Shown: positions 29,215 through 40,602, numbered from the stretch's first letter. The stretch: DNA of 64,000 nucleotides from Nitrosopumilus sp. (GCA_965207445.1 CBDBLX010000002.1:736001-800000); one strand, 5' to 3'. Notes: generated by a model not told the origin, from the sequence alone. Made by a program: numbers and translations.

Positions 29215-30968
29215 GCACAATGGACGAAAAATCTGACGATGGCGTCTCTGTGATACATAATCGATTTTCACTTACACTTGTCAATCCTGCGTCACATTAC
29301 TTTTCACTTGTTGTCTCACTTGTCATTGCAATTGTAATATCAGTTTCAATACACATATTTTACCTTCCTGACTCTGAGTATATTTTAACTAGTACACTTG
29401 CAGTCGCTGTGGTACTATTTCTAACTCAGCTATTAGATACTCGTTTTACAAGAAAGAAAGAGTACTCTAAATCCTTACACTCTTCTCTCTTTGCCAATCT
29501 GTTGTGGCTTGCATCTATCTTGTCTGGAATTGTGGCGGGATTTGTGCTTGGAAAAGAGCTGACATCTTTCTTTATTGTCTTTGGCATGCTTTTATTTGCT
29601 AGCTTTAGAATCGGCATATATACTACAACACTTGGTGTGTCATTGAGACGTGCATGGGCAATATGTATGGTTCAACCACTTGCAATGTTTTTGGTGTTTG
29701 TGCCCTATGAGATGTGGATTGATATACTGTTTGATCCATTGGCATTGGCGTATGGTATATCATTTATGATCATTGCATCTGTTTGGTCACACTTGACTGA
29801 TGTGGCAGGACGTCCTGGTATGGAGAGCACCCACAAGACTATTCAGGCATATCTGGCATCTCAAGTCGGTGACTATGAAGATGCTGAAAATATAATGGAG
29901 CAACGTGCACATGTTGCAAAAGTTTCAACTGCACAGATACGTCTGACACCAAAAGAAAAAGGTGATTCTGATTTTAGAATGGTGTTGCCTGATATTCATC
30001 CTGGACCTTACCATCCTGTTGGAGGAAGCAACGTACCTTATTTGATTTACAAGAATCTCTCATCATCTGCAATGGTTATGCATAGTGTCTCAGACCATGC
30101 GCTTAATTTACCATCTAGGCATGAGGTTGAAACCTATCTAAAGTCACTTGAGCAGTATAGTGTGACAGAAGATGGTTTGTTGTGCACTGAACCTGTCACG
30201 GTGACTATAAACCGTGCTCGTGTGACTGGTCTGTTGTTTGGACGACGTCCTCTGATATTTTTGTCCCTTTCTCCTCATGGTATGGAAGATGTGCCAAGTT
30301 ATATCAAAGCTGAAATTGAACAATATGCAAAAAATCGTGACTATACGGGTGCACTTGTTGTAGACTGTCACAATGCAATGGGTACATTGATATCTGATGC
30401 AGATGCTCAAGATATGTTAAAGGCTGCAAAGTCATGTCTTGACAATCTAGTCTCACGCGATACATTTCCAATAGAATTTGGCTATGCCAACTCTGATGAT
30501 ATGGATGTTGTAGCCAATGATTTGGGTTTGGGTGGATTGGGTATAATTTGTTTGAAAATAAACAACAAACGACACTATATTGGATGGGCAGATGCTAACA
30601 ATATGGAGAATGGTGTACGTGAGCAGATAATTGAACATCTTGCATCCAAGGGACATGTAATGCTTGAGATATGTACATCTGATACACACTTTTCACGTGT
30701 AAAGGTGAGAAATCGCAATGGATATAATCACCTTGGTCTGGTGACTTCTACTGAACAACTCTCAGAATGGTTTGAAAAATTAGCCTTTACTGCTCAGCAA
30801 AAGACCGTGTCTGCTACATTTGAGATACTAGAGCATGAGACTGATATACGTGTCATGGGCAGTGGTATATTTGATGACTATTCAAAAGCATTAGAGAACT
30901 CGTTGAGAATAACAAAATACTTTGCGCTTGGGGGTGTTGCACTGTTCCTGACCAGCCTGTTTTTGTGA
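29211..30968 (+). CDS. DUF2070 family membrane protein
   Basis: N-terminal TM bundle; PDIHPGP..GGSN, DCHN, DANN, TSDTH motifs. Confidence 0.88.
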   Translation: MSTMDEKSDDGVSVIHNRFSLTLVNPASHYFSLVVSLVIAIVISVSIHIFYLPDSEYILTSTLAVAVVLFLTQLLDTRFTRKKEYSKSLHSSLFANLLWLASILSGIVAGFVLGKELTSFFIVFGMLLFASFRIGIYTTTLGVSLRRAWAICMVQPLAMFLVFVPYEMWIDILFDPLALAYGISFMIIASVWSHLTDVAGRPGMESTHKTIQAYLASQVGDYEDAENIMEQRAHVAKVSTAQIRLTPKEKGDSDFRMVLPDIHPGPYHPVGGSNVPYLIYKNLSSSAMVMHSVSDHALNLPSRHEVETYLKSLEQYSVTEDGLLCTEPVTVTINRARVTGLLFGRRPLIFLSLSPHGMEDVPSYIKAEIEQYAKNRDYTGALVVDCHNAMGTLISDADAQDMLKAAKSCLDNLVSRDTFPIEFGYANSDDMDVVANDLGLGGLGIICLKINNKRHYIGWADANNMENGVREQIIEHLASKGHVMLEICTSDTHFSRVKVRNRNGYNHLGLVTSTEQLSEWFEKLAFTAQQKTVSATFEILEHETDIRVMGSGIFDDYSKALENSLRITKYFALGGVALFLTSLFL

Positions 30969-31055
30969 TGGCTTTATAATGCTTGTGTGATTTTATAATG
31001 TTTAATCATTAAAAACATTATTTTTTACTATTCTTTTTATAATAGTATTATTATT

Positions 31056-31712
31056 TTATTGATGCTGCTGTGGCTGCTGTGGCTGTGCGTCATCTATCAT
31101 TCTCATTTTGTCTAAATTCCCATAAAATTCGTCTACAAATGATGAAAATTTTGCAATGGGTACTATGGGAACATTATTCACATACTCTGTATCGTGGTCA
31201 TGTAGAGTTACTATCACTGGTGCTGCAATTGCTCCCTGTGTCTCTGCTACATAACGACGAGTACGTTCTATCTGTTTTTCAACCACTTTTGATATTGCAG
31301 ATGGCGCGGTGTATTTCCAGTGCTTGCAATCTATTAACATTGCAATTCCCATGCGTATTGCAACTATATCTATCTCAATTACAGGTGATTTGAATCTAAG
31401 ATTCTGCATTACTGCAAAATTTTTTGCCGCAAGTATCTCTGTTGCCAACCCTTCAAAATCTCTCCAATCTATCTGAGGCGCTACCTCATCAAGTGAAACT
31501 CCATATCTATCAAGCAACATGATTGCTACTTTTAACTTGTCTCCTCGCTCAAAATAATAAGTTTCATTTGCAACATGACCAATATTCTCGTCCACTAGGC
31601 TATCTAGTATCATTTGTGACTCTTGTATATTATTACCTGTCACTGCACTGTAATCTCTTGTTGATATTCCTCCGCTGATCATCCCATGCAATATGCGGCT
31701 TGTCATATTCAT
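31056..31712 (-). CDS. Mrr-like PD-(D/E)XK nuclease-fold protein
   Basis: WRDFEGLATEIL, EIDIVA, IDCKHW. Confidence 0.8.
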   Translation of the reverse strand: MNMTSRILHGMISGGISTRDYSAVTGNNIQESQMILDSLVDENIGHVANETYYFERGDKLKVAIMLLDRYGVSLDEVAPQIDWRDFEGLATEILAAKNFAVMQNLRFKSPVIEIDIVAIRMGIAMLIDCKHWKYTAPSAISKVVEKQIERTRRYVAETQGAIAAPVIVTLHDHDTEYVNNVPIVPIAKFSSFVDEFYGNLDKMRMIDDAQPQQPQQHQ

Positions 31713-32011
31713 TAACTGTTTTTAGAAAATTGTGTTATATAGTTGAACTAGTATTATTATTATTATTATTATTATTGTACCTGTGGATTAGCATTGCATG
31801 AAATCTTGAGTAATCTCGTAGATACTTTTTAGGAACTACTTGTATAACTGATTCATATCATCTGTACAAATAATTTTATATAACAACATGTTACGGAACA
31901 CTCTATTACTATGAAACTGACTTAATTATTTCTGCTCATTTATACAAAATCAAACTTTGTTTGATTTGAGATGATCTTATGTGTAATTTAACTATATTCT
32001 GAATTACATTA

Positions 32012-32972
32012 GTAAACGTTCAATCCTCGTATCTGTGCCAGACGTTAGGCGGTGAATTTGTGCGTTGGCAGTATATTCGGTATTGAACGAACCGTCAAAA
32101 CTAGCTAGTGTCACAACCCTGCCTAGAACTCCTCCGTGAGGTGCTGGACGCCTGCCTGCTACTGCTGCTGGCGTAGGCGGCTCTACTGCACGAAAAGTCG
32201 ATCCGCCTAGGTTCAGGAGACCGATCGCCGACTATTTTAGGCTGCACCGATCACAAAGACCCGTGCCAGAGGGGATCTCTCAGAAGACGCCAGACAACAC
32301 ATAATCAGAAACCGCGGGAAGGGCGTACCTGCATCATAGATAGTGAGGGATCTGAACATCTCTGCCAGGTGCGTGCGCATTGTATTATTATATGAAAAAC
32401 CATTCAGCTACTCTGAAATGTGCCTCCCTAACCCGGACCGCCGGGATCAAACGGGCGTTTGACAGTATCGTAGGAGGCTGCCAGAGGGCCGCCTGACACA
32501 CCGGTGCCTTTGACGCTGCCTCGCCTGGGGCGATCTTCCCTCTTGCATGCTCCGCGGCCCACATGTTGTACATGAACGGCGACGCAAAGAGCAGGATCAA
32601 CAACCACAACTCATATCAGACATACGCTCATATGCCGCAGAAGCCTACCACGGCCAAGATCATATCCACTGTTGACACCGTGTACTAGAGGCCTTTGGAG
32701 TAGAATCTTTTGATAATCTAGAGCCCGTGATTGCAACAGAATCTCAAACCTACGTAGCCCGAGGCTGGGACAGATGGATTCCTGTCGTGACAGAGATACA
32801 AAGACTCGAAGCCTCAGGCTAGATACGTCCCCCTGTAGCATCCCACCACACCCCTGACTTTTGTTCCAAGCCATCGTGGCAAATGAATAACGTAACCGTT
32901 CAGTCCTAGTGTCTGCGCTATATACTAGGTGGTGAATTTGTGCCTAAATTTTAGAAGTGGTTGAATGGTTAC
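32012..32972 (+). mobile_element. Composite MITE-A element: half copy (32012-32063), about 830 bp GC-richer passenger, full copy (32892-32972)
   Basis: A single 9-bp TSD ATTACATTA flanks the whole unit (32003-32011 and 32973-32981); the passenger holds transposase-like scraps. Confidence 0.82.
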
Positions 32973-33127
32973 ATTACATTAATTGTTGCATGTATATAAT
33001 TAATAAAATGTATAGTAATTTTTATTATCTGTTATTTTTTTTGTATATGAGGCGTCACTATTTGATAATTGAGTATTATTTTGTTTGGTAGATAATAGTT
33101 TTATTACAATTGAAATGATCATAGGTT

Positions 33128-36100
33128 ATGTACTCTGAGCATCAAATTAACTGTCATAAATGTGTAAACCATTATAATACTTTTAAAGATAATAGTTTAC
33201 ATAACATGCAATGTTGTGGTGATTGTAGTTCTACCCTAGACTCGTGTGTTTGTCACCGTCACACATGTTGCCACAGCAAAGTTACTTGCAATCATAATGT
33301 TTTCACATTAAAATTCACCATTGGATTTTTATTGTTGTCTGTAATTACCATGTTGGCTATTTTTCTTGCATACCCTAATGTCGCATTTGCAAATGATGAT
33401 AACTCTTCTAACCCTCTTTCAACATATGTTGATTCTGTACGATTCGTCCAATACCTTGATGAGAATACTGCACTTGAGGAGGTTAGAGGTGGTAATCTTG
33501 ATATGTATTACTTTCGTATCTCGTCTGATAGGTTAGACACTCATGATTCTAGGGCGGGACTAAATGTCTATGAATCTGCAGGTGGCTCTTATAGTTTGTT
33601 GATTAACCCTGCTGTATCTGATGATTCTTTTAATCCGTTTCAAGACCCTGATGTTCGCTTTGCTGTAAATTATCTTATCGATAGACGTTTAATTGTAAAT
33701 GATCTTATGGGTGGATATGGTATGCCTATAATATCGCATTATGGGCCTTCTGATCCTGAATATTTGACAGTTATAGATAACTTGGCATCACTTGACTTTG
33801 AGTACAATCCTACTCTTGCAGATAGTATAATCTCAGAGCGGCTCTATGCCATGGGTGCGACAAAGAATGATGACCATATATGGCATATGGACTCTGAGCC
33901 TGTCACACTCATATTCTTTATTCGAAGTGATGACCCAGTAAGAAAATCAATAGGTGAGGTACTCGCATCGGAGTTTGAACAAATGGGATTTGTGGTCAAA
34001 AAAGAGTTTGGTGATCTCAACAAGGCATTTGTTGTGGTATATGGCTCTGATCCTGCTACCTTGAGATGGAGTCTGTATACAGAAGGCTGGGCGAAATCCG
34101 CATTTACCAGATATGACTCTACAGGTTTAGCACAGATGTACTCTCCGTGGTTCTCTAATATGCCTGGATTCAATGATCCATCATACTGGAACTATGAGAA
34201 TGAGAAACTTGATAATCTCACTCGACGCATATACACTGGCAACTTTACTGATGAACAAGAACGCGCAGTCTTGATACGTGAGGCTGTATTGAATGGTGTG
34301 ACTGAGTCTGTTCGAATATTTCTTGCTAGTAATGTGGACCAATATGTGACACATACATCTGTAAGTGGAATTGTAAATGATTTTGGTGCGGGATTACCTA
34401 GTCGATTTACTCCAATTAACGCACGTATCATTGCATCGCCACCATTATCATCGCCACCATTATCACCATCACCGCCAATTCATTCTGAAAATGACAATCT
34501 TACAATTGACGATCACATTGGTGGTGAACTACGAGTTGGTGTAAAGCAGATCTACCAAGGATCTTGGAATCCTGTCATGGGGTTTCGAGATGCATATAGT
34601 GCTCAAATAGGGACATTGTTATCTGATCCTGCAACATTTTTACACCCTTTTACAGGCGAGGTGATCCCTGTTCGAGTCACATGGAACGTTACGACTGCAG
34701 GTCCTCTAGATGTACTTGATGTGGCAGATGATGCTGTATTGTGGAGTCCAATTGATCAAAAATGGACTATTGTGGATTCTGATGCGAATGCAACTAGTAT
34801 TGTATGGTTCAAATACAAATTGGGCAATTGGCACAATGGTGTTCCGATGGACATGTTGGATATAATGCACTCTTTTTACTTTTCAAAAGAATGGGGCACA
34901 CAGACTGGCCCTGATGATGCTACCTTTGATACTGAATTCACTTCGATAGTTGCTCCTAGTGTTGATACAATAAAAGGAATCAGACCTCTAAGTAATGATA
35001 CTTTGGAGGTGTATGTTGACTATTGGCACTTTGATGAGGGTGAGATTGCACAGTGGGCAGCGCCTGGAGTCTCGATGCCTTGGGAGATGATCTCTGCAAT
35101 GGAGAGTGCAGTTATGGATGGCAAGACTTCTTTCTCTCGATCGGGTGCTGCAAGCAAGGGTACGAGTTGGTTGTCTGTGATAATACCTACTGATGTTGAG
35201 ATTTTGCGTGGATATTTGGAGTCTATGAGGAATCTGAATCATGTACCTAAACCGTTATCTTATTTGGATTCTGGATTACCTCTTACTGCATTTGATTCTA
35301 ACATTACTTTTGATAGTGACATGTCGTACTATGCCTCTAGATATGATTCTGCTATATCCTGGATAGATGACACTGGACATGCAATGATTGGCAATGGTCC
35401 ATTTTATCTTGATTCGTACTCGCCAGAGTCAAGAAGCATCAGAATCATATCATTTAATGATAAAACATATCCATTTGAGCGTGATGAATGGTCTGGGTTT
35501 GAGCGCGCTGCATTTCCATTAATTGTGGGTGTGGATATTAAAAACCCCATTTTAAAAGGTGAACAACTGCATGTTGATGTTGCAACTATACATTCTGATT
35601 CTTTGCTGTATTTTCTAATAAATGCAAGTGGACACGTCATCGCATCTAGTACATATGATGTCATATCTGATGATACCCTACCTGATGATGTCATATCTGA
35701 TGACGCTGTGAATTATTTAGACAATCCTCATAATGATGATATGGCACAATTTAATTCTACATATACAAAAATTATCGTTTCTGTAAACGACACTGCACAT
35801 ATGAGTAATGGGGCGAACTCTATTAGAATATTTGCCCTCTCAGATACTGTACTCAAGCCTGATTATTACGAGACCGGATTTCTTGCATTTGGTTTTAATG
35901 AAACAGATTTTGTGTTGACTCCTGTTCTGCCTAGTATTCAGGGTGCAACCCCATCTGATGTATCATCTGACATCAATACCCGCTCAGATGATATTTTGTC
36001 ATCACAACCAACCTCACACGATGATATTACTCAACCCGATAAAGATGATTACACAAATGTTTATTATTTGATGCTTGTAGTTGGAATTGTGTCTATTGCG

Positions 36101-36148
36101 CTTGTAATTATAATGCGCGTCATATCCAAAGTGCGTAAAATAGATTGA
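33128..36148 (+). CDS. ABC transporter solute-binding protein, family 5 (peptide/nickel), with a C-terminal membrane anchor
   Basis: NPFQDPDVRFAVNYLIDR, WHNGVPMD..DI, IGNGPFYL; signal and C-terminal TM helix; true start uncertain. Confidence 0.88.
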   Translation: MYSEHQINCHKCVNHYNTFKDNSLHNMQCCGDCSSTLDSCVCHRHTCCHSKVTCNHNVFTLKFTIGFLLLSVITMLAIFLAYPNVAFANDDNSSNPLSTYVDSVRFVQYLDENTALEEVRGGNLDMYYFRISSDRLDTHDSRAGLNVYESAGGSYSLLINPAVSDDSFNPFQDPDVRFAVNYLIDRRLIVNDLMGGYGMPIISHYGPSDPEYLTVIDNLASLDFEYNPTLADSIISERLYAMGATKNDDHIWHMDSEPVTLIFFIRSDDPVRKSIGEVLASEFEQMGFVVKKEFGDLNKAFVVVYGSDPATLRWSLYTEGWAKSAFTRYDSTGLAQMYSPWFSNMPGFNDPSYWNYENEKLDNLTRRIYTGNFTDEQERAVLIREAVLNGVTESVRIFLASNVDQYVTHTSVSGIVNDFGAGLPSRFTPINARIIASPPLSSPPLSPSPPIHSENDNLTIDDHIGGELRVGVKQIYQGSWNPVMGFRDAYSAQIGTLLSDPATFLHPFTGEVIPVRVTWNVTTAGPLDVLDVADDAVLWSPIDQKWTIVDSDANATSIVWFKYKLGNWHNGVPMDMLDIMHSFYFSKEWGTQTGPDDATFDTEFTSIVAPSVDTIKGIRPLSNDTLEVYVDYWHFDEGEIAQWAAPGVSMPWEMISAMESAVMDGKTSFSRSGAASKGTSWLSVIIPTDVEILRGYLESMRNLNHVPKPLSYLDSGLPLTAFDSNITFDSDMSYYASRYDSAISWIDDTGHAMIGNGPFYLDSYSPESRSIRIISFNDKTYPFERDEWSGFERAAFPLIVGVDIKNPILKGEQLHVDVATIHSDSLLYFLINASGHVIASSTYDVISDDTLPDDVISDDAVNYLDNPHNDDMAQFNSTYTKIIVSVNDTAHMSNGANSIRIFALSDTVLKPDYYETGFLAFGFNETDFVLTPVLPSIQGATPSDVSSDINTRSDDILSSQPTSHDDITQPDKDDYTNVYYLMLVVGIVSIALVIIMRVISKVRKID

Positions 36149-36225
36149 ATGTTGTGACTAGTGAATCGATTGGTATTGTTGATATGTTGTGCTTGAAACA
36201 TTATACATCTACAATATTTATATGC

Positions 36226-36756
36226 TCATACTATTAATCTATAATCTGTTGCTATGCGCATGACATCATCTCCATCTGACATCTTTGCATAGTCCGATAA
36301 AATATTACAGTTAAGATCATAAAATGTATGTCCCCACTTGAATCTCTCAAGTATGTTGTGTCCCTGCTCATCATATCCCATGATGAAAAGTGATGCCGCT
36401 ATTGCTTCTGCTGTTGTAAGCATTCCAACCTTTGCATAGTTGACTGCATTTCCTGCAAGTAATGGTGGTAGACGCCTTGAGGTCTTTTGGTTATGTTTGG
36501 GTGTATTTTTGATATTATTGTGTATGGTTCCAAACTCCCCGTCTGCCAATTTCCAAGAACAATCTATACCTACTATTGTATTTGCTACTCGTCTATCAGA
36601 TGGAAACAATATTTTGTCACTATATGGATTTAGTATAATCTTATGATTACTAGTTGTTTTTTTTATTTGACGCGCAAATCCGGCTTTGAGAAGTCGTGCT
36701 GCTGTACATTTTTTGGGATCATCTTGATACCTCATCAACACTTCTATTCTCATCAT
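36226..36756 (-). CDS. tsr3: rRNA aminocarboxypropyltransferase Tsr3
   Basis: QDDPKKCTA, IDCSW, RRLPPLLAGNAVNY, LTTAEAIAA, FKWGHTF. Confidence 0.92.
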   Translation of the reverse strand: MMRIEVLMRYQDDPKKCTAARLLKAGFARQIKKTTSNHKIILNPYSDKILFPSDRRVANTIVGIDCSWKLADGEFGTIHNNIKNTPKHNQKTSRRLPPLLAGNAVNYAKVGMLTTAEAIAASLFIMGYDEQGHNILERFKWGHTFYDLNCNILSDYAKMSDGDDVMRIATDYRLIV

Positions 36757-37074
36757 TGTAATGATTATAATGTGTTTAATATTTGAGTGCGTAGTAGCTC
36801 TAAAATGCTCAATTATTAAAGGGCATTGAATACTTGTTGGGTATTTTGTATTTTGCAAGATATATTCTTTTTAGATTAACTACTAGAATCATTGCGTTGA
36901 TTTGTCGTTAATTGCGACCTCGTCTCATTATTGCCAACTAACGATGTGAAAATACTATTGGTTGTGATAATTGGCAATATTGTTTGTAACGTGTATTGTT
37001 TTACTGTTTTTGGTTTTTACTGGATTAAATACATATTTGTTCAATTATAATCATTTACTTTTCATAGTTGTGAG

Positions 37075-40000
37075 TTATCCCTGTGGTATAGTCTTGTATG
37101 TGACTTTGTAATAAAACCTAGACGGTTGTTCATTTTTGTCTTTTGTTATAGTCACGTTCCATGTCATATCTGGCAGTGACGTTTGCCCGTTTGGATATAT
37201 TGCAAATTTCTCCAATCGCACATCAGTACCGCTGTAGATTACTCGCAGACTAGTCTCATTATTAAGAAACACCACGTCAAATATCCTACCTTGTGATCTT
37301 GTTGATTCACTTATCATACAGTCCTCAGATGGCTGTCCTATCACACATGTGCCGTCACTAGTTGATACCTGCAAGTTTACTAGATGCTCATGACCCTTTG
37401 TAGTAATCATAGAACCGACCAAAGAGACCGGTGAGGCTATCACTGTATCATTCTCATGTTCTAGTGTGGTGTTACTATATGTTCTGATGTTAAATTCAGT
37501 CTCTGCAAGTCTATTGTATCGGTCAATTATTACTTTTGGTGTAAACTGCTGTGACACTGTTTGGTTTATGGGCTCTGGCTTTTCTTCTTTTACCACATCA
37601 AATGTAATCCTGTTGATTCCTATTGATGACTCTATTACAACTTCGTATGTCCCTATGGCATTTACCCATTGTGGTATCATATATTGATGCACAAACGATG
37701 CAGTCGAGTCTGGGCTGATTATCGTCGTTGGCGTAGCATGCACACCACATGCTTGCAAATTACAATCTACTCCATCATGTACCTTTTTGGATACACTAAC
37801 CTCATATTTTTCAATATATATGATCTTGTTAGGACTACCTGATATAGTGACAGTTTGGCCAGGATTGTAAATATCTCTATCTGTACTAACATTCAATGAA
37901 ATAGGACCTTTTCCGCCATACACATAGTCATTTAACATTCTAAATACTGTTGATGCTTTTGTTGACTCGTACTGTGCGTCCACTCTGTATGTATCTTCTT
38001 TGAATATTGTCACTGGTAATGTAAACTCACTTGAAAATGCACCTGCATTATCTGGATATACACGTGATTGGTATATGTTATTGAATGGTGGTACGGCCTT
38101 TTTAACCACGATAGTGACTCTTGGTGGCTCCCTTAGTTCTTCTGTACTCTCATCATACAACAGTACATTTCCTGACACTATTAGTTTGTCTCCAGGTTTG
38201 TAGATTGGTTTGTCTGTAGTAACAAATAATGGAGTATCTGCCAAAGTATCATTTTCTGGGTCATCGGAGATTTTAAAATATTTGATTACACTTTCACTCT
38301 CTGTAAAGATCTTTAATTTGTATACGCCAAATACTGAGAGTGTGATTCCACGCAGCTCACCCTCTTTGATACTGTGCTTTCTTTCTACCTTGGGGGTATC
38401 CCATTCCCATACAAAACGTTGGTCTTGTATTGCTGCTGATGACCGTATGGTTGAACCATCTGGCTTGACAAGCGTCACGTATACCTCATTTGCAGCCGTC
38501 ACTGGAAATACTCCATTTAACACCACCGTCTCGTTTAATCCGTATACTTCTTTGTCAGTTGATATCTCTGCTTTTGATATGTTGTATTGGTTGATTATTG
38601 TAAATGCAACAGTGGCTTTGTGTTCTTGATATGTGGCAATGGCAGTATAATTTCCCTCATCAAAGATACTTGTTTGCACTCGTACCTTTGCAGTATACTT
38701 GCCTGATTCATTTGGTATGACGTTAGTCTCATATGTCGTGATTCTTCTATTATCTACAATATCACTCTGAGTGTCTTTTGTTGTAACATCGCTTTGTAAT
38801 GCGACTCCTTGTTCATCTGTGATGGTAATTGATACCCTTGATGCAACATATCCTACTGTAGTTGATGTAATGTCTGCTGCATATCCTGTAAATGTAATGT
38901 ATTCGTTGTGTGCGTATGTTGTCTTGTCTGTGTGTATGGTAAGTGGCTCTGTGTTTATTATGAATGATTGTGGATCCTTTACCACTGATATTATGGCTGA
39001 GGATGGATGGATGCCATTTCCTGTTATAGTTATTTTATAGTCTCCTAGACTTTGTATCTTGTTTGGTATACCAAATGTATATTCAAAGGATCCATCTTCT
39101 AACACTTGTACAGATTCGTCAATCTTGAATCCTGTATGACTGCTGGCATCTATATCTGCAATTACGCCTTGTTTTGTCTGTAGAATTTCAACATTTACCA
39201 CTTGTCGCCATATATCATTTAACATACCACGTATGGTAACACTTTCACCTTGTGCGTATGCTCTTTTGTCAGTTATTATTGTGATTTGTGAATCTTGTTT
39301 TATCTTTGGCATCATCTCAAATGTAGTTGTTGCTTTTTCGTTTGCATACTCAGCGGTGACTGTATATGTACCGTATGCAGGATTTAGCTCATTTAGTGTG
39401 ACTATACTTTTAATCTTACCATCATCAGTTGGTATAGAGTTTCCACTTGATACTGTTTTATTATTGGCATCTTTGATTGTAATCTTGAATGTGGCAAACT
39501 GCACCTGTTTTTGGGTGGCTCCTGTTATGATAATCTCTTGGCCTTGTATGTATGATGCACTATCAGTTGATATGGTTATGCCTTTTGCTTGTATAATGTT
39601 ATTTTGCGCTCTTGTTGCATCTACTGTAAAGCTAGTAGTTGCAGTCGCACCTGCATATTTGGCAGATATATTGTATGTACCTACCTCAATGTTGAGGACT
39701 TTATGCAAGTCAAGTGTTGTTGAGAATCCTAATCTTAAATCTGGATACATTACAAATTCTTTATTGTAATTTGGTCCGGTTATGTGTAGTGTAATCTTTT
39801 CTGACGTAAAATATGGTTTTTCGACAAATTTTCTCTCAGATACTGTGCCACTTATACTGACAGTCTGTCCCAAATTGTATGATTCTTTATCTGTCATTAT
39901 TGTAATTTCAACTTGGTTTCTCTCTATGTTTTGTGGTGCTTTGCCATTTGATGCACCTGGACTCTGTGTACTAAATTTCCAGTCTGCTGCATTGCCGTTG

Positions 40001-40602
40001 AGTTTGTATCCGTCGTATATGCGCTGCCATGACCTGTGATCATCATATTTATCTGTTATTTTGGGTGTCTTGTCGATTATCTCCCCTACTGCATTGCGCA
40101 GTTCTATAACTTCGTTTATGTCTGTGAATCTAATCTGTTGGTTTGCATATGTGATAAATTGACCTGGTTTTATTATGGTGTTTTGTTGTATTGTAATGAC
40201 ATTGCTGGTTCCTGTGGAAGATGCAATCTGCCATCCACTAAGATCGACTTGAGATGTGGTTGGATTGTATATCTCTATCCAATCAAATATGTTCTCGCTA
40301 CTTTTACCTTGTGGATTTGTATCTACCTCATTTATCACTATGTGATCTGCAATTGTTTGTATATTTTGTAAATTTGTCTGGGCATATGCTTTGTTGTCAT
40401 AAATTGTACCTGCATACGTTGTATCTACATACGTTGCACTTAACAATACCACTATTGCCATCACAATTATGGTTGCAGTCATGTGTGATGAGAATTGTGG
40501 CACGCGCATTGTGTTTTTTTTATAATAGCGATGATAATTTGAGTAGTGTTGTTTGTTTGTGCGATTCTTGTGCATGATCTGATGGCCGTCATTATATCTC
40601 AT
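37075..40602 (-). CDS. Large exported protein: lamin-tail domain plus seven macroglobulin/Ig-like repeats
   Basis: IVINEV..NP..DWIEIYNPT...DLSGWQI; seven T-D-(K/R/S)-x2-Y repeats, most followed by G-x2-V-x-I-x-G; true start probably later than 40602. Confidence 0.85.
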   Translation of the reverse strand: MRYNDGHQIMHKNRTNKQHYSNYHRYYKKNTMRVPQFSSHMTATIIVMAIVVLLSATYVDTTYAGTIYDNKAYAQTNLQNIQTIADHIVINEVDTNPQGKSSENIFDWIEIYNPTTSQVDLSGWQIASSTGTSNVITIQQNTIIKPGQFITYANQQIRFTDINEVIELRNAVGEIIDKTPKITDKYDDHRSWQRIYDGYKLNGNAADWKFSTQSPGASNGKAPQNIERNQVEITIMTDKESYNLGQTVSISGTVSERKFVEKPYFTSEKITLHITGPNYNKEFVMYPDLRLGFSTTLDLHKVLNIEVGTYNISAKYAGATATTSFTVDATRAQNNIIQAKGITISTDSASYIQGQEIIITGATQKQVQFATFKITIKDANNKTVSSGNSIPTDDGKIKSIVTLNELNPAYGTYTVTAEYANEKATTTFEMMPKIKQDSQITIITDKRAYAQGESVTIRGMLNDIWRQVVNVEILQTKQGVIADIDASSHTGFKIDESVQVLEDGSFEYTFGIPNKIQSLGDYKITITGNGIHPSSAIISVVKDPQSFIINTEPLTIHTDKTTYAHNEYITFTGYAADITSTTVGYVASRVSITITDEQGVALQSDVTTKDTQSDIVDNRRITTYETNVIPNESGKYTAKVRVQTSIFDEGNYTAIATYQEHKATVAFTIINQYNISKAEISTDKEVYGLNETVVLNGVFPVTAANEVYVTLVKPDGSTIRSSAAIQDQRFVWEWDTPKVERKHSIKEGELRGITLSVFGVYKLKIFTESESVIKYFKISDDPENDTLADTPLFVTTDKPIYKPGDKLIVSGNVLLYDESTEELREPPRVTIVVKKAVPPFNNIYQSRVYPDNAGAFSSEFTLPVTIFKEDTYRVDAQYESTKASTVFRMLNDYVYGGKGPISLNVSTDRDIYNPGQTVTISGSPNKIIYIEKYEVSVSKKVHDGVDCNLQACGVHATPTTIISPDSTASFVHQYMIPQWVNAIGTYEVVIESSIGINRITFDVVKEEKPEPINQTVSQQFTPKVIIDRYNRLAETEFNIRTYSNTTLEHENDTVIASPVSLVGSMITTKGHEHLVNLQVSTSDGTCVIGQPSEDCMISESTRSQGRIFDVVFLNNETSLRVIYSGTDVRLEKFAIYPNGQTSLPDMTWNVTITKDKNEQPSRFYYKVTYKTIPQG

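Noticed and set aside
31056..31712. Mrr-like nuclease as part of a defence system
   Set aside because: A solitary gene in housekeeping context with no methylase or partner genes.
36907..36945. Intergenic hairpin TCGTTAATTG/CAACTAACGA followed by ACA on the minus strand (H/ACA RNA?)
   Set aside because: No convincing pseudouridylation pocket or K-loop; too weak.
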